Source: Chrysomallon squamiferum
Lineage: Eukaryota > Animalia > Mollusca
Direction: 5' to 3'
Length of the DNA: 64,000 nucleotides
Assembly (NCBI GenBank): GCA_012295275.1
Contig: CM022677.1
Coordinates: 372,001-436,000 of the forward strand
The translations under genes were made by a program, and so were the position numbers. Below are positions 42,850 to 60,173 of this stretch, piece after piece (position 1 is the stretch's first letter; each line of letters begins with the position of its first letter). Below the pieces are notes generated by a model, which was given only the letters and a program-made list of their open reading frames with translations, was not told the origin of the DNA and made no database searches.

Positions 42850-45800
42850 CAGATTCGCTCCTTTTTTTCTTCAGATTCGCTGGGGTCAGATTCGCTCCAG
42901 AATCGCTCCAAATTCGCTGCAAAGTTTCCGTTTTACTACACAAGGAATAATTGTTCAATTTTCTCACTTGGGATTGCCTTTCATTTATTCTTGCCAATTC
43001 GTTCCATTTGTGTGCGCTTGATACGAATACTTGGGAAAAGCGCTTTTAGGATTACGTTATACACGATCGCCAAACAGCAAAAGTAATTGAGATCTGACCA
43101 ATCAACGACGAGCTAGCGTCAGCCAATAGAAATCCAGTCTCAAACAACAACCGGTCGACCAATCAAATTCGAGATATCTCCAACCAATCAGAATCCACAG
43201 TCCCAACAGCAACCCGACGACGGAAGGAACAAGCATTACTGCCAACTACCGGGGATTATTTGTTTATCTGTTAAATTTCCCAAATTAGGATTCCACTTCA
43301 ATTTCGAACTTAGAACATTTGACATCAAATTTGGTAAGAAAAGGAATCCTATCCTCCCGGCACGTCATAATCACTTTCCTAGCACGAAACTTTGAAACTC
43401 CCTCTTATCTCTCCATTTATCAACCTCAAACCCTCTCCCCCAGTGCTAATTTTGTCAAATATTTTAAATTTGTGTATTCTAACTGTATTAATTTCATATA
43501 TATAAATATAAATATATAATTATTATTTAAATGTTAAATTTTTCGGATTATTATTATCAAAATTAAATTTAAATAAATAACTTTGTTTATTGCTCTTTTT
43601 CTGTAGTGTCATTACTGTTGAAATTTTAATTATATTGAATATTTAATTTATTTTATTAAAAATATTTAATTTATTTAAAAAAAAAAAAAAAAAAAAATAA
43701 TAATAATAATAATTAACCAATTGCATACTAAATAAAAATGGCCGATACAAACAAATCCGTCGGCACAGGTATCAGCGGAAATGACAACCAGAACGAGGTT
43801 CCCCCCAAAAAACTCTGCTGAACGGAGGGGGACTACCACACGTGGAATCTCTTGGCTCCCCGGACGACAGTGACAACGGAAATGTATCTGACAACTCTGC
43901 GGGGGACACCATATACGTGGGACTGGTAGAGACGACACCTGACCGCTCCCCCCGCCCCAACCTGTCCTATCCCCCAGACTGTAACCAAATCTTCAACTGG
44001 CCCACAAAATGTCCCAACCGGACTGACCACCATTCCGGAGTCCCCACAACAAATCAACAAAAATAAAAAAAGGAAAACCCACCCAGGACAGGTTCCAGTC
44101 AGCACATCAAACAGATTTTCAGCCCTGGACATGCTGAGCATTGCTGTTCCCCAACAGGGCTCGCACAAATCACTCAAACTGTCCGCCAGTCCCCCTAGAC
44201 CCGCTAAGTCACCAATCCCCGGGCTGAGGCGGGTTTTGTTTAACAAAAAAAAAACCCGACTCTGTACGAAGCCATCTTCTTCCAACAGTCCGTCTCGCGA
44301 CTGTTGGACGACACATTATTCCACACCCGGCTGTCTGATGAGATCACCTTCGTCAGGGCCGAGTCGGACAGCTCACTCATCAAACTGGGTACGAGCATGG
44401 AACTGATGCCCAACCCCACAGAGTGTAAAAGGTGTGTGTCACACTCGAGAGAGGTGTACAAAGGAACCTCATGAAAGGAGAGGACCCACACCCGGAAAAC
44501 CCACAAATCCCGATACCCCCATCGGACAGGCTTACTCGCAGGACAAAAAGTCCAAGCCATCCATAGACAGATGGACAAGACGGTGGCTTACGGCACCTGG
44601 GGGGAATGCACTTTCACTGCAGAACCCCTAAAACAGACAAATATAAAAAAAAGAAAAAAAAAAGAAACAGAAACTAGTCACGGAAACAACAAGACAGACA
44701 CCAAACAGAAACGATTTCTTAGCAACACCAACCAAAACAAATCCGACCACACAGAGACAAACATACAAGCACCGACATGACAGCCCCACGAAACAAACTC
44801 CCCAACACTCCCCCAAAGTAGTAATCAACACAGAGACAAACATTCAAGCACCGACATGACACCCCAACAAACTCCCCAACACTCCCCAAGACAACACAGC
44901 GACAAAAATACAAGCACCGACATGACATACCCAAACAAACTCCCCAACTGGACCCAAAGTAAAATCAACACAGAACAAAAAATACAAGCACCGACACACA
45001 ACCCCACAAACAAACTCCCCACACTCCCCAAAGTAGTAATCAACACACCACCCTCAACCTGACAGACCGTGGCCAAGATATTTCCTAAACACAAACGATA
45101 AAACCAAAATGGACGGGCAAAGAAACCTCAACAACAAAACAACAAACCACAACAAAAAACCCACTATACAACACAAAAGGTACACGCAACAGCAACAACA
45201 ACCACCACAAACACAGACCACTCCTTAAGAAAACTGATAAAAATAAAATCGGTGAAAGAAACGACAAAACAAATACTAGAAACGCTAAAGAAAGAAAACC
45301 CAGACGTGATGATTCAGAACATCACGATCTGGAACAACGGCTACTGGGATGTGCTTCTGTCTGCCACAACAAAAGCAGGTGTGGGAGCAGACACCCCAAG
45401 AAAACGCCTGACAACCCGTGCCGTCAACTCATCCAGTGCGCAAACTGTAACGGCCGACACAACACACACAGCCACCTATGTGCGGCCTACAAAAAAATGC
45501 ACTGAAACACCTGGATGTCAAAAACACACACACACACACACCACTAGAACTCCTCACTCGTCAACCACCCACTCGCACACACAAGCCCCCAGGACAAACA
45601 AGAAACAAACAGAAATGGACAGAATAATTAAGAAAGACAGCCCAGTGACAACCCTCCAACTACTTAGGGTTATCACTGGCCTATTCCTAGACGAATCTCT
45701 ACGGTCCCCCAACCCCAACTCCAATAACAGATCGGAAGCAGACATAGAGAAAGCCACTGTGGCAGCATGTCAGACAGAAACACCTGAGACTTCCACTGGA

Positions 45801-47620
45801 GCTTGACACTATGCTCACACAATCAATGAATTACTACCAAAACAACATCAACACCGACAACACCAAACAAGTGAAATAAACACATCCAAAATACACGCAA
45901 TCTCCAAGGCTGCCAAACTCCTACACATCACACATGGGAGACAAACAAAACATTAAACATAAACAAGCTAAAGGCCTAAACATCCTACAGTGGAATGCCA
46001 AAGGACTCAAATCAAGAGGACATGGCGACGAACTCAAACACTACATAATTAACTCTAATATACAGATAGACATAATATGCATACAAGAAACCTGGATCAC
46101 CAACACACACACACTGAAGAATCAACTCTTCCAAAACTTTAACATTCCAGGATTCTTTGGCTTCTTTCACAACATTAACTGCACCACGAGAGGAGGAGTA
46201 GCAACTTCTGTCAGAAATGAACTTTCCTACTCACGTATCCCACTAACCAATCACCACTCAGCATAGAGACACTTGGGATAACAATCCATGGCCAGGCTGA
46301 AGACATTAACGTTTTCAACTACTACACTCACCCAGGCAAGAATCACTACAACATAGCACTAGAACACTACACTAAAAGCATTCCCTCTAAATATATCGAC
46401 AACTCCATCATACTAGGGGACTTCAACAGCAGAAACCACCTATAGGGATCCTCTAGTACATGCAAACAGGGAACCATCATCGAAAAATTTACGGATCTTA
46501 ACAAACACATATGTCTGAACGATGGCACGCCAACCTTCCTATACAACACCTGGTCATGCCTTGATATCTCAACAGTGTCTGAAAAAATAGCCTCTAAATG
46601 TGAATGGACAGTCCTTAACAATCTCAATAGCGATCACCTACCAATACTAATCTCATACAACACTGAAAATAACTGGAAAGAGGTACCAATAAACAAACAC
46701 AAATGAAACTTCACGAAAGCCAACTGGACTGAATTTAAAAAGCAATGTCTTGAAACAGATCCCAAACTCATTCGAAGCAAAAATATTGATACTTTTAACG
46801 AAAATTTAACTGACAGAATAATTAGCATTGCCAATAAAACTATTCCAAATTCTAATTGTAAATACAAAAATAATTCAGTCCCTTGGTGGAGTGAAGAACT
46901 AAAACTCCTTACAAAGGCACGCAACAAACATCGCAAAACATACCAAAAAACATAACTCAGCAACCAACCTCGCAAACCTCAAAATTAGTAAAAACAAAGT
47001 CTCACAAGCCGTGCTACATGCAAAAAAAAACAGAATCGTGGAAAACCTTCTGCACATCTATCAACAAAAACACGTCTAGTAAGGAAATTAAACGGGCCCC
47101 AAATTAAAACGAAATACAATATTCCCTTCCAAGAAATGACAAACCGCAAAGGGAAAATTCCAATTTTCTTTCAAAACAAGCCCACAGACATCTACTAGTC
47201 CTGAAACAAAACTTCCATGGACAAACAAAGAGACCTTTCCAACCCCTCCAGGCCGCTGCTCTGGGAGATGTCTTTAAAAACAAACTAATTTCGACCTTTC
47301 TCGAAAGAACCACTACAAACAACTTTCCCCAATCAAATTTAGAAAAATCAAAGGTCTTCTAATCAAAGTCTACAACATGGGCATAAGAGGCCCTATGTTC
47401 GGCTTTGTAGAAGCATTCTTGAAAAACATATCCTTTACGGTGAATGTAGACGAAAACTTCTCAGACAGCTTGGATTTGGAGAATGGGATCTCCCAGGGTT
47501 CAGTTATATCCCCTACTCTTTTTAGCATTTTTATTAATGACCTAGCACAGCACTAACTCGAAAACTCTAGCCATAACTTTTATGCGAAAACTGCAACAAA
47601 TCAAAACAGATATGCAAAAA
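42850..47620 (+). mobile_element. LINE family B, 5' part (5' UTR, decayed ORF1, APE endonuclease, deleted RT)
   Basis: ORF1 ATG at ~43738, broken. ORF2 from 45934 reads LNILQWNAKGL..DIICIQETW, then ILGDFN, CLNDG and SDHLPI. 47368-47550 is near-identical to the reverse complement of 24189-24020, which links it to the 3' half at 21-24 kb. Confidence 0.9.
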
Positions 47621-47630
47621 GGTTACATAT

Positions 47631-47665
<35 letters not shown>

Positions 47666-47681
47666 TTTGGCACATATTAAG

Positions 47682-47806
47682 ATGGGGAGAACTGATCCCA
47701 CTTCATTTGATACCAGATCTGGAAAACACAAAAGTTGTAATTCTCTCGCAGCCCAGCAGACGATATACACATGATGTTGCCATGATATCAGAACTTCTCC
47801 ATTTAG
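47682..47806 (+). pseudogene. Orphan copy of LigB-like coding exon 2
   Basis: 125-nt exon bounded by AAG| and G|GTATT, encoding WGELIPLHLIPDLENTKVVILSQPSRRY. Paralogous to 60190-60314. Confidence 0.8.
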
Positions 47807-48120
47807 GTATTTCACTGTTTGTCTGTATGTCTGTAAAAATTACATACGATTTGTAAACATTAGTTTATTGGTTATGTAAAATGCCCTCGTCGCAGATTTG
47901 AGCTTCCTGCTTTTTTTTTGTGACTTTATCAATATTTTGTAACAACTTTTGGACACCAAATGGATTATCGAAACGAGTTAAATGGAACAAACAAACAACA
48001 ACAAAGATAATAAATAATAATAAGGAACAAATTAAAAAAAAAAAAAATCTCGAATGGCATCATTGGGGTTTAAGTAACTGAAAATTGGTATTAAAAGCTT
48101 CAAAGTAAATTCAGAAAGGC

Positions 48121-48178
48121 TATCTGCAGAGCTGTAGCTATTGGTGTATAAGTAGCGGCACGCGTTTTGAACGAGATC
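48121..48178 (+). promoter_or_regulatory. TATA-like promoter and LINE target site, copy 3 (occupied by LINE A)
   Basis: TATAAGTA at 48147, TSD TTTGAACGAGATC at 48166-48178, and LINE A begins at 48179. Confidence 0.55.
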
Positions 48179-51100
48179 GAATATCTCACAACAGACTCTC
48201 CACCGTGATGGTCGACATGGTGCAAGCCCGGAAGAGAAGCTGTGAAGAATACTAACGGACGGATTGTGCTTACTGAGCGGAATTCAGAAACGAAAAAGAT
48301 ACTGTACCATTTTCTTTATTTATTTAGACTTAAATTCTTATTTATATTATTTGTAGGCTTTTGTATTATTGTTACTTTTATTACTTTTTTTTTTTTTTTT
48401 TTTTTTTTTACTGTTTGTTCGTCTTTTGTCTTTTACTTTCCGGTATCTTAAATAACCGATATATCTTATCTTTATCTCGATCTGAAAGTGAGTTGCGTTA
48501 GCTTTAGTCTTTTTTTGAATTAATATAGAATTGTCTATATATTTAAAAAATCCAATTATATTTTAAAAAAAAAAAAAACAATAACAACAAAACAACAACA
48601 ACCCATACATTTACACAACAAACATGGCAACAAAAAACATGAAAATTTACAGCTCAGGAACAGATAATTCAGACATGGAAACTAGAGTTCCAAAACGACC
48701 CAGGGACAGGAGCCCTAGCTCCGTCGAAAAAACACACAACAGAAAACAAAAGAAAAAAAAACGACAACACAGTCCAACACACATATTCGGACACAGAAGT
48801 AACAGAAGAACAAAAAATTATCAACAGAAATCTACACATTTTGGCAAGGCTACGGGAAACAGACACGGAAGACGAAAGCGAACAAAACGCTTGGAAAATA
48901 ATTAAAAGAAAAAAAACAAAACATACCCACAGCCGAACCACAATTGCAATACACACAAAAAACCACTCAAACATCGACAAAAAGTTGCGCTACTTACTAG
49001 AAGCGCAAATACACATTATTGATAAAACAACAAAAGTGAACAATAATCAAAACGGAAAAGAAATCTACTTCGAAGTAGATACAAAAACACTTAAAACAAT
49101 CGGTCCCAACATTACCATCTGGGACGAAACATTTGTTGTCAGGGTTTTACCAAAAATAATCCCTGACACAAAACAGACACAGAAAAAAACACCCACACCA
49201 CAACCCAGAAAAACACTGCTCACACAACAGCAGCCAAAACAACTACCAATTACGAAACAACAACAACATCAACCTAAACAAACAACAAAAGCAAAAGATA
49301 CAACAATATATAAATACATTTCAAAAGATTTGGGTTTTTATTACCCCTATTCAAACAAACTAGATTTCTTTGAAATGTTCAACAAAGAACTAGTACAACA
49401 AACAAAGTCAACACTAGTCGGTGTGGAAATGTGGAAAAAGCCAAATTACTGGACCACACTGACGTTTAACAGCAAATTAACGAACACAACCATCACCATT
49501 GATGGCTACAAATATACACTGGCAGAAATGAGGCCGCAGTTGCCCAAGTGCGGCCACTGTCAGAAATGGGGGCACATCACAAACCAGTGCACCCACAGAC
49601 ACAACCCGAAACATTTAACGTGTAGTTTCTGCGGTGGAAATCACCACAGAAACTCAGGCCTATGCCGGTCTCTGGCAAAATGCGCAAATTGCCAGGGGCC
49701 ACACGAATCACACTACAAGATGTGCCCAGCCAAAATAAAAGCAAACAACAACTTTGAACACAACAGGAGAGACAACAAAATCTTACAAAATATCAACAAA
49801 AAAAATGCCAGAAAATGGAACAAAAAACCAAAACCATCATGGAAAAAATGGACCAACACAACAACAAACCGACAGACAATCTGGACAAGGAGGTCAGGAT
49901 CGCAGAAATCCATAAAATCATTGTCTGCCTCTTGATAGAGCTTCAAAACATCAGAACCAATCAAGGAAACGGCAATGACGACGCCAATTTGGAACACACA
50001 GTAGCCCAAATAATTGAAGACAGCCTGGGCTTCAAAATACACACAAACGACAAAAAAGACTAAAACTACACACAGACAGGAGAAATTCCACAAACACCAA
50101 ACAACAGTGAACAAAAACAAAACAAAACAAACAGTAACAGCCATTTACAAACTCTTCACGATAAGCACACAAAGAACACAGGCCTCTCCGTTCTTCAATG
50201 AACGCTAAAGGCTTCACTCAACAGGCCACGGAGACGAATTACTACACTTCCTGGCCTCCACTACAAACACACCGGACATAATATGTATTCAAGAAACATG
50301 GCTGGGACATTCCAACAAAAACAACAAAACAACAAAAACAAAACTTTAAGGTCCCCGGGTACCAAAGTCATTACGTCAACAGATACAACAGCACCCGGGG
50401 AGACATCATGACTCTCGTCAAACAAGACATTCCACACACCAAGCTGAACCAAGCCAAAGTTCACGCCAACATAGAAATATTAAGTATCACAGTACACAAC
50501 AACAATCAAAACATCGACATCATTAACGTATACAGCCCACCCACTCCCGCACTACACACCATTCAAACCCACGACTTAAACAAAATGATCACAACAAACA
50601 ACAAGGTCATTATAGTGGGCGATATCAACTGTCACAACACCCTATGGGGTGGCTCGACAGACGACAGCCCTGGAATCGTCCTCGAAGATTTCCTAGAGCA
50701 AAACCAGCTGGTCTGTTTGAACGACGGAACATTCACATACACCAGCGACATCAATGGTGGCCAAACCGCCAAACATTCACAAATAAAGGACATCGCAGCG
50801 CTCTCCGAATGGCAAGTGCTCGATGAGCTAAACAGCGACCACCACCCGATACTCACCAACTACAACAGCAAGAACACCTTCTCGGACAGATCCATCTTCA
50901 CACCGAAATGGAACTTCAACAAAGCGGACTGGGAAGGCTTCTACAAAGCATGCAGAAACATCAACACGCAGAACTCCAACGACATCGACGCCTACCGCGC
51001 ATCACTCACCAACACGATACACTCCATTGCAATCAGATACATACCCAAAACCAGAAAATGCACCGGCAAAATATCCACTCCCTGGTGGACGGAACGCATA

Positions 51101-53342
51101 GAAAAGAAATGCAAAGAGAGAAAACAAATACAGAAGACAATACAAAAAAGACAGAAATCATTCTACGCACGAAAAATATAAAATATCAAAAAAAGAAGTT
51201 TCCAACCTAATACTCACAGCGAAACAAGAACACTGGGAACTTTTTTGCAACAACATCGACCACAAAACATCAGTCAAAGACATGTGGGCCAAAGTAAAAA
51301 AACATCCAAGGCAAAAAAAAACACAGAATCAACACTCTCGGCAAAAACAACATCGCATTCACCGACAAACAAAAAAAAAGATCTACTCAGCCAAACCTTC
51401 GCCAAGTCCAGCAGCAATTCGAACTTCCCACTGAAATTCGCAAAGAAACCACTGGACAACCAAGCAATCGGCGAACACTCCGCAGACACAGAAAACATGA
51501 AATACAATCAACTATTCAACATCAGCGAATTAAAACATGCACTCAAAAACAAGAAAAGTACAGCCACGGGGCCAGATAAAATAAGCTACACAATACTACA
51601 ACACCTACCAGACGAAACACTACTCGTCATACTCGATCTTTACAACGCAATATGGACCACCGGCAAGATTCCAACAAACTGGAAACACGCCGAGTGTTTC
51701 AGCTTGCCCAAACCACACAAAGATCACTCACTACCCAACAGCTACAGGCCGATCACGCTGACGTCACACATGTGCAAAACATTGGAAACAATGATCAACA
51801 CACGCCTGAACCAGCATTTAAACGACAACAATTTAATCAGCAAATTTCAAAGCGGCTTCAGGAAGAAACACAGCACAAACAACCAGATCACCTGCCTGCA
51901 AACATCCATCAACCAATCTTTTAGGAAATCAAAAAAAGTCATAGCAGTTTTTTTAGACATTGAAAAAGCATTCGACATGGTATGGAGGGAAGGACTGCTC
52001 GTTAAATTAATCAACAACAACATCAAAGGCAACATGTTCAACTTTATCAAAGACTTTATTAACAACAGAACCATAGCAGTCAAAGTAAACGGTCACACCT
52101 CAGAGAAAACGACAATCGAAAACGGCATCCCCAAGGATCCGTGATCTCGCCAACACTCTTCAACATCTACATCAACGACATCGTCACAGCACTCGACAAA
52201 CAAGACAACGCCAGAAATCCACCAAAGGAACCAATAAATACAGCACTCTTTGCAGACGACTGCGCCTTTTGGCGGGCAGGCAGATCGACCGCAGCAATAC
52301 AGAAACAAATACAAAAAGACTTAAACAACATAAACGACTGGATGTTGAAATGGGGCAAAAAGATTTCTCTTTCCAAAACAACATGCCTCCTTTTCAACAA
52401 GAAATCAGACAACAGCAAGATCACACTCAACATCGACAACAACGTCATAACACAAACAAAGACATTCAAATTTCAACTTCCGATGCCACATACACAACAT
52501 AATTGCATCCTGCAAAAAAACAATCAATCTTCTAAAGTTAATTTCCGGAACCAGTTGGGGAGCAAACGAGTCAACGCTGATTTTGATACACAAAGCGTGT
52601 ATTCTCTCCAAGCTCGACTACGGAGCCACGGCTTACTCGAATGCTCCCAAACTCTATTTAAAAAAACTAGACACAATTCAATCAAGTGCCCTCAGGGTGA
52701 TCGGCCACCTGCCAAACACAACACCATCCGACAGCCTCCTGTCGGAATACAGCATCCAATCATTAAAATACAGAAGAAAACTGCAGCTACTAAAATACAA
52801 CCTGAAAATACACACACTCAACACAGACCACCCGGTCAAGGATCTGGTCCCCGACCAACAAAGGATAGGACAACTCTTTAAATCGCATAGTCTACTGCTA
52901 TCGAATTTCCCGACAACAGCTAGCGAAATCGAAAGGGAAACAGGAATAGGGGAAATGCCACTGCCGGCATACCACAAAGAAACAAAACCAACAATAAACA
53001 CACCTTTCCTGATCAAAAGAGAAACTGACAAAACAGAGATCCCACCGTTCAAAAAAGCCATTTTTTTGGCAGCAGCAAACGACCACTACAAACAACACAC
53101 GCACATCTACACTGACGGATCCAAAAACCCAGACAACGGGAGAGTAGGATTCGCCTTCATAGCCCAAGATCACACAAACAAACCCACATGCATACAATTC
53201 GGCCGTATCAGAAATCACCTTTCGGTGTATACGGCCGAATTGGTAGCCATCATCAGAGCCATGCTGTGGGTAAAACACAACAACAACAAACACACAGTCA
53301 TATTCTCGGACAGTCCGTGATCTGATCTCAATACAATCCGGA
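48179..53342 (+). mobile_element. LINE family A (I-group, I/Nimb-like): 5' UTR, gag-like ORF1, ORF2 APE-RT-RNase H; frameshifted and interrupted at 53342
   Basis: ORF1 (ATG 48624) has three zinc knuckles: CGHCQKWGHITNQC, CSFCGGNHHRNSGLC and CANCQGPHESHYKMC. APE motifs ICIQETW, NVYSPP, GDINCH and SDHHPI. RT motifs YRPITLTS, QSGFR, FLDIEKAFD and FADD. RNase H motifs IYTDGSK, AELVAI and IFSDS. Confidence 0.96.
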
Positions 53343-56670
<3,328 letters not shown>

Positions 56671-57281
56671 TTCCGTGATCTCAATACAATCCGGAAGTTC
56701 CAGCAGACCAGACCTGCTCAGCAAAATACAACAACTACACGAGGACATACAACACAACAAGAAACAACTAACCATCAAGTGGCTCCCAGCACACGTCAGC
56801 ATCATCGGCAACGAACTTGCCGACCACTACGCCAAAGAGTCACTCAGCATTAAAGACGAAGACATCTGCACAGACATACATTACGGAATAAACGAAATTG
56901 TCTCCATCGCTGCCAAACATTACGACAAACAATGGCAAAACGAATGGAACAACACCAAAAACAAATGGCACTTAAACATCAAACCATTCGCCAAAACACC
57001 CAAAATCACACTCGCCAACAAACTACACAACAACAATCTCACCAAAGCCAGAATTGGTTACTCAACCAATCTAAACGCAATTCGATACAAACATAACATC
57101 ACCACATCACCCAACTGCAGTTGTGGACTCTCAGAAACCATGAAACACTACTTGTTTCACTGTCCAAATTTTGCCAAGGAAAGACAAGCACTACGCAATA
57201 CACTGGACGAACTAAAAATCGAGTTCACGCTCCAAAACATCCTGGCACCAAACATGAAAGACAGACAGTTAGTCCTCGCTG
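56671..57281 (+). mobile_element. LINE family A, 3' ORF2 continuation; 3' UTR deleted
   Basis: Near-identical to 39950-40562. At 57281 it joins sequence equivalent to ~41145. Confidence 0.92.
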
Positions 57282-57990
57282 TATTTTAATAATTAAAAGA
57301 TTATTTAGAAAGATCAAGTAACCAACTAGGCTGAATTAGTTTTGTATTATTTGTCAACGCTATTTGCTTTGATAACGTATCGTCGAATCGTAAGATTTAA
57401 CTATGTAACTGTATATTACCCTTGAGAGTTAATTTGTGTAAACAGCATATACATATATATATATATTATACAAAAAACAATTATCCATTCTGAATTCGTG
57501 TTTGTGTTATTGTTCTCTTGTGGATACAGAATAGTCATTTAATAGTTAAGCTGTCTGAGATAATTAACACCTTGTCACGTGATGCTATTATAGTCTGCTG
57601 CGTTTTCAGGTACTAATACAACTCAGACTAGTCACCATGACATATGGCACTACCTAAAATCCTTTAAGTTAGTATCTCAGAAAACTTATCACCCAACTCC
57701 TTGTAATGCCAAAATTAACTGAGAGTTTCTGTCAATATTATAAAGAGGATGGACTATAATTAAGATTAAAAAAGAACAAATCACAACATAATGAACGTTT
57801 GTAATATTATGTAAAATGTTTCAATTTGACGAAAGTTGTACATTTTGAGTTTCACAAATGTCTAATTTTGAACTGTTGCATTATCTTTGAATTCAGCTTA
57901 CGTTAACACGTCACACAGCAAACTGCCTAAATAACAAGCTGGTATTTGCTTCATTAATTAAACTTTTACCTGTCTGTGTATCAATTTCAG

Positions 57991-58121
57991 GTGTTGATTT
58001 ATACAGGTATTTGGAAGACGCGCCAGAGCGTGTTGTTGTCGTCATCAGCGCTGACCTCGCACACACGCATCTCAGCACTGACCCATACGGCTACTCCAAC
58101 GCATCAGAGCCATTCGACCAT
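57991..58121 (+). pseudogene. Third coding exon of the LigB-like gene, copy 2 (lies upstream of exon 1)
   Basis: TTTCAG|GTGTTGAT...GACCAT|GTAAG, encoding VVVVISADLAHTH. Its phase is compatible with the G|GT donor of exon 2. Confidence 0.8.
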
Positions 58122-59242
58122 GTAAGTACAACCAGTCAGTCGTGCTTGAACTTTTTAAAAACTTTAAAATTTCACCACAACAACAGTATCAAAGCATATA
58201 TGTTTTGTAATAACACCTGAGCACATTTTTATATTTACGATTAGTAGGAGTTAAATAGACTTATTTATTTGTTTGTTTCAATTAATGAATGTAACTGACG
58301 TTTGGGAGGATTTCTAAAACTATTTATGTTTGATGGTAGCATCATTCGTTCAGAGATGAAAAGAGGAATGAACAAAACATTTCATATGGAAATGAAGAAA
58401 AATTATACAGGAACAACAATAATAATTATAATAATTATCATGATGATGATGATAATGACGGTAATAATAAATAATAACAAGAACAACAATGGATATTTAG
58501 CTGGGATACCGTTGTTTTTTTGTTCGCTACAGACTTCAGTTCCATTTTACATGTGCAGTGATCACACTTCTGTACTTGTATACTTCTTTTAACACAACTT
58601 GCCTTTGATTTCGTCACTGACTGTGTCTGTAGACGTGTAGGCCTGTTCAGCTTTGATGCAGGCCTATCACACTTACAGGTAACACAGTGTTTCGGATGCA
58701 GCGTTATCTACAACATGTTATTACAGCTTCGATGATGCTGAATTACGAAAGAAAAATGTGAGGCGCGGCCGCTGAAAAGGAGCTAAAGTAATACGCCATT
58801 ATTACCTCAGATTTTCTCACTTACAAATCAACTTTTAATATTGATGATGATAATAATAATAATGATAATGATGATGATGGTAATAATAAACTTTGATGTT
58901 ACTCGAAAGCAAGCATGTAGTCTTCTATAAATCTGTTTTAAAGAACGTTTTTCTAACACAATGTATTGATACAAACTACTGTGATGCATCGCTTAACGTT
59001 TCATGTACACGCCCTTTGCCCATAAAAATAACAAGAAAATAATGGTAATAATGATGCTGCAGCTGCTGATGATGACAATAACAAACAAACACATAAAAGA
59101 AGAAAAAACAAAAACAACATCAACAAAAAATTAACTATTGGGACAATTCAGAAAACCAACTCTTATAAATTAACAAGGCGATAATATAGATTTTTAATTC
59201 CTATCGATTATCATTATACAAATAAATTACTATTTCCTTCAG

Positions 59243-60142
59243 ATGTATTGTTGCTCTTTAAGGAAAAACACAGAAGGGCAGGTAACTCTAGAGTCTTATG
59301 ATTTAAGAACGAAGTACAAAGTCGAGATGTATTTTGCAATTGTGATTGTGTTTTTCACATCACTTGATTTATCTTTCTCCAAACTACTGGCCGGGTTCGT
59401 TCTGCCGCACGGCGGAATTGCTCTGGATCCGAAACATTTCAATACAACCAACCACACAGCAAAACAAGAAGCGTGGAAAATTCACGAAGCCTGCAAATCA
59501 GTCGGTCAGACGATTCTGTCTTTATCGCCCGATATACTTTTTCTGAGCACGCCCCATGGTATTTCTGACTTAAATATCTTTGTGTTCTATTTAAATCCCA
59601 CAGGAGAAGGCGTTGCAGATACTGATAATTGCAACTGTCCTCCTTGTTGTTATAAAGTAACCGCTAATCTTTCTAGCCAACTTTCGGAAGACATCGTAAA
59701 TAAATTTGGCTCTGCTCGGAATATTTCGGGATTAAGCCGTTATGGTCCACTCGGTAAAAGCGATGAAGCATTTCCATTGAGGTGAGAAATAGCATGCATG
59801 TAAAAATGAGCATAAACACTTCTTTTTTAAATTAGCATAGACTAATAATAATCACAGCAAGAAAACATTATCGTATAAAAATATAGTTATTGATACACCA
59901 ATTTCTGTTTTCACTTAATGCAAAGATCACAAAAGACTGAGGACCCACAATATGCCGTTTTCGAACGATACAGTACATAAAAATTATATATTTATTTGCA
60001 ATCCTATTGATAATATATTATATAGAAATGTTTCTATATATTTTATCCCAAAACTGACATTATTTATAAATACTCTTGTAAAGTAGAGTCATACAATTTT
60101 TTGTTTTAAATTTCATTTTCTTGTATTCATTTTGTTACATAT

Positions 60143-60173
<31 letters not shown>

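Noticed and set aside
44395-44545. ISXO2/Merlin-like zinc ribbon in LINE B ORF1 (ELMPNPTECKRC)
   Set aside because: Only one CxxC, in a frameshift-ridden region. The support is insufficient.
48841-53320. Active, intact LINE or host reverse transcriptase gene
   Set aside because: There are multiple frameshifts, a deletion near 52471 and the cassette insertion, so this copy is non-functional as assembled.
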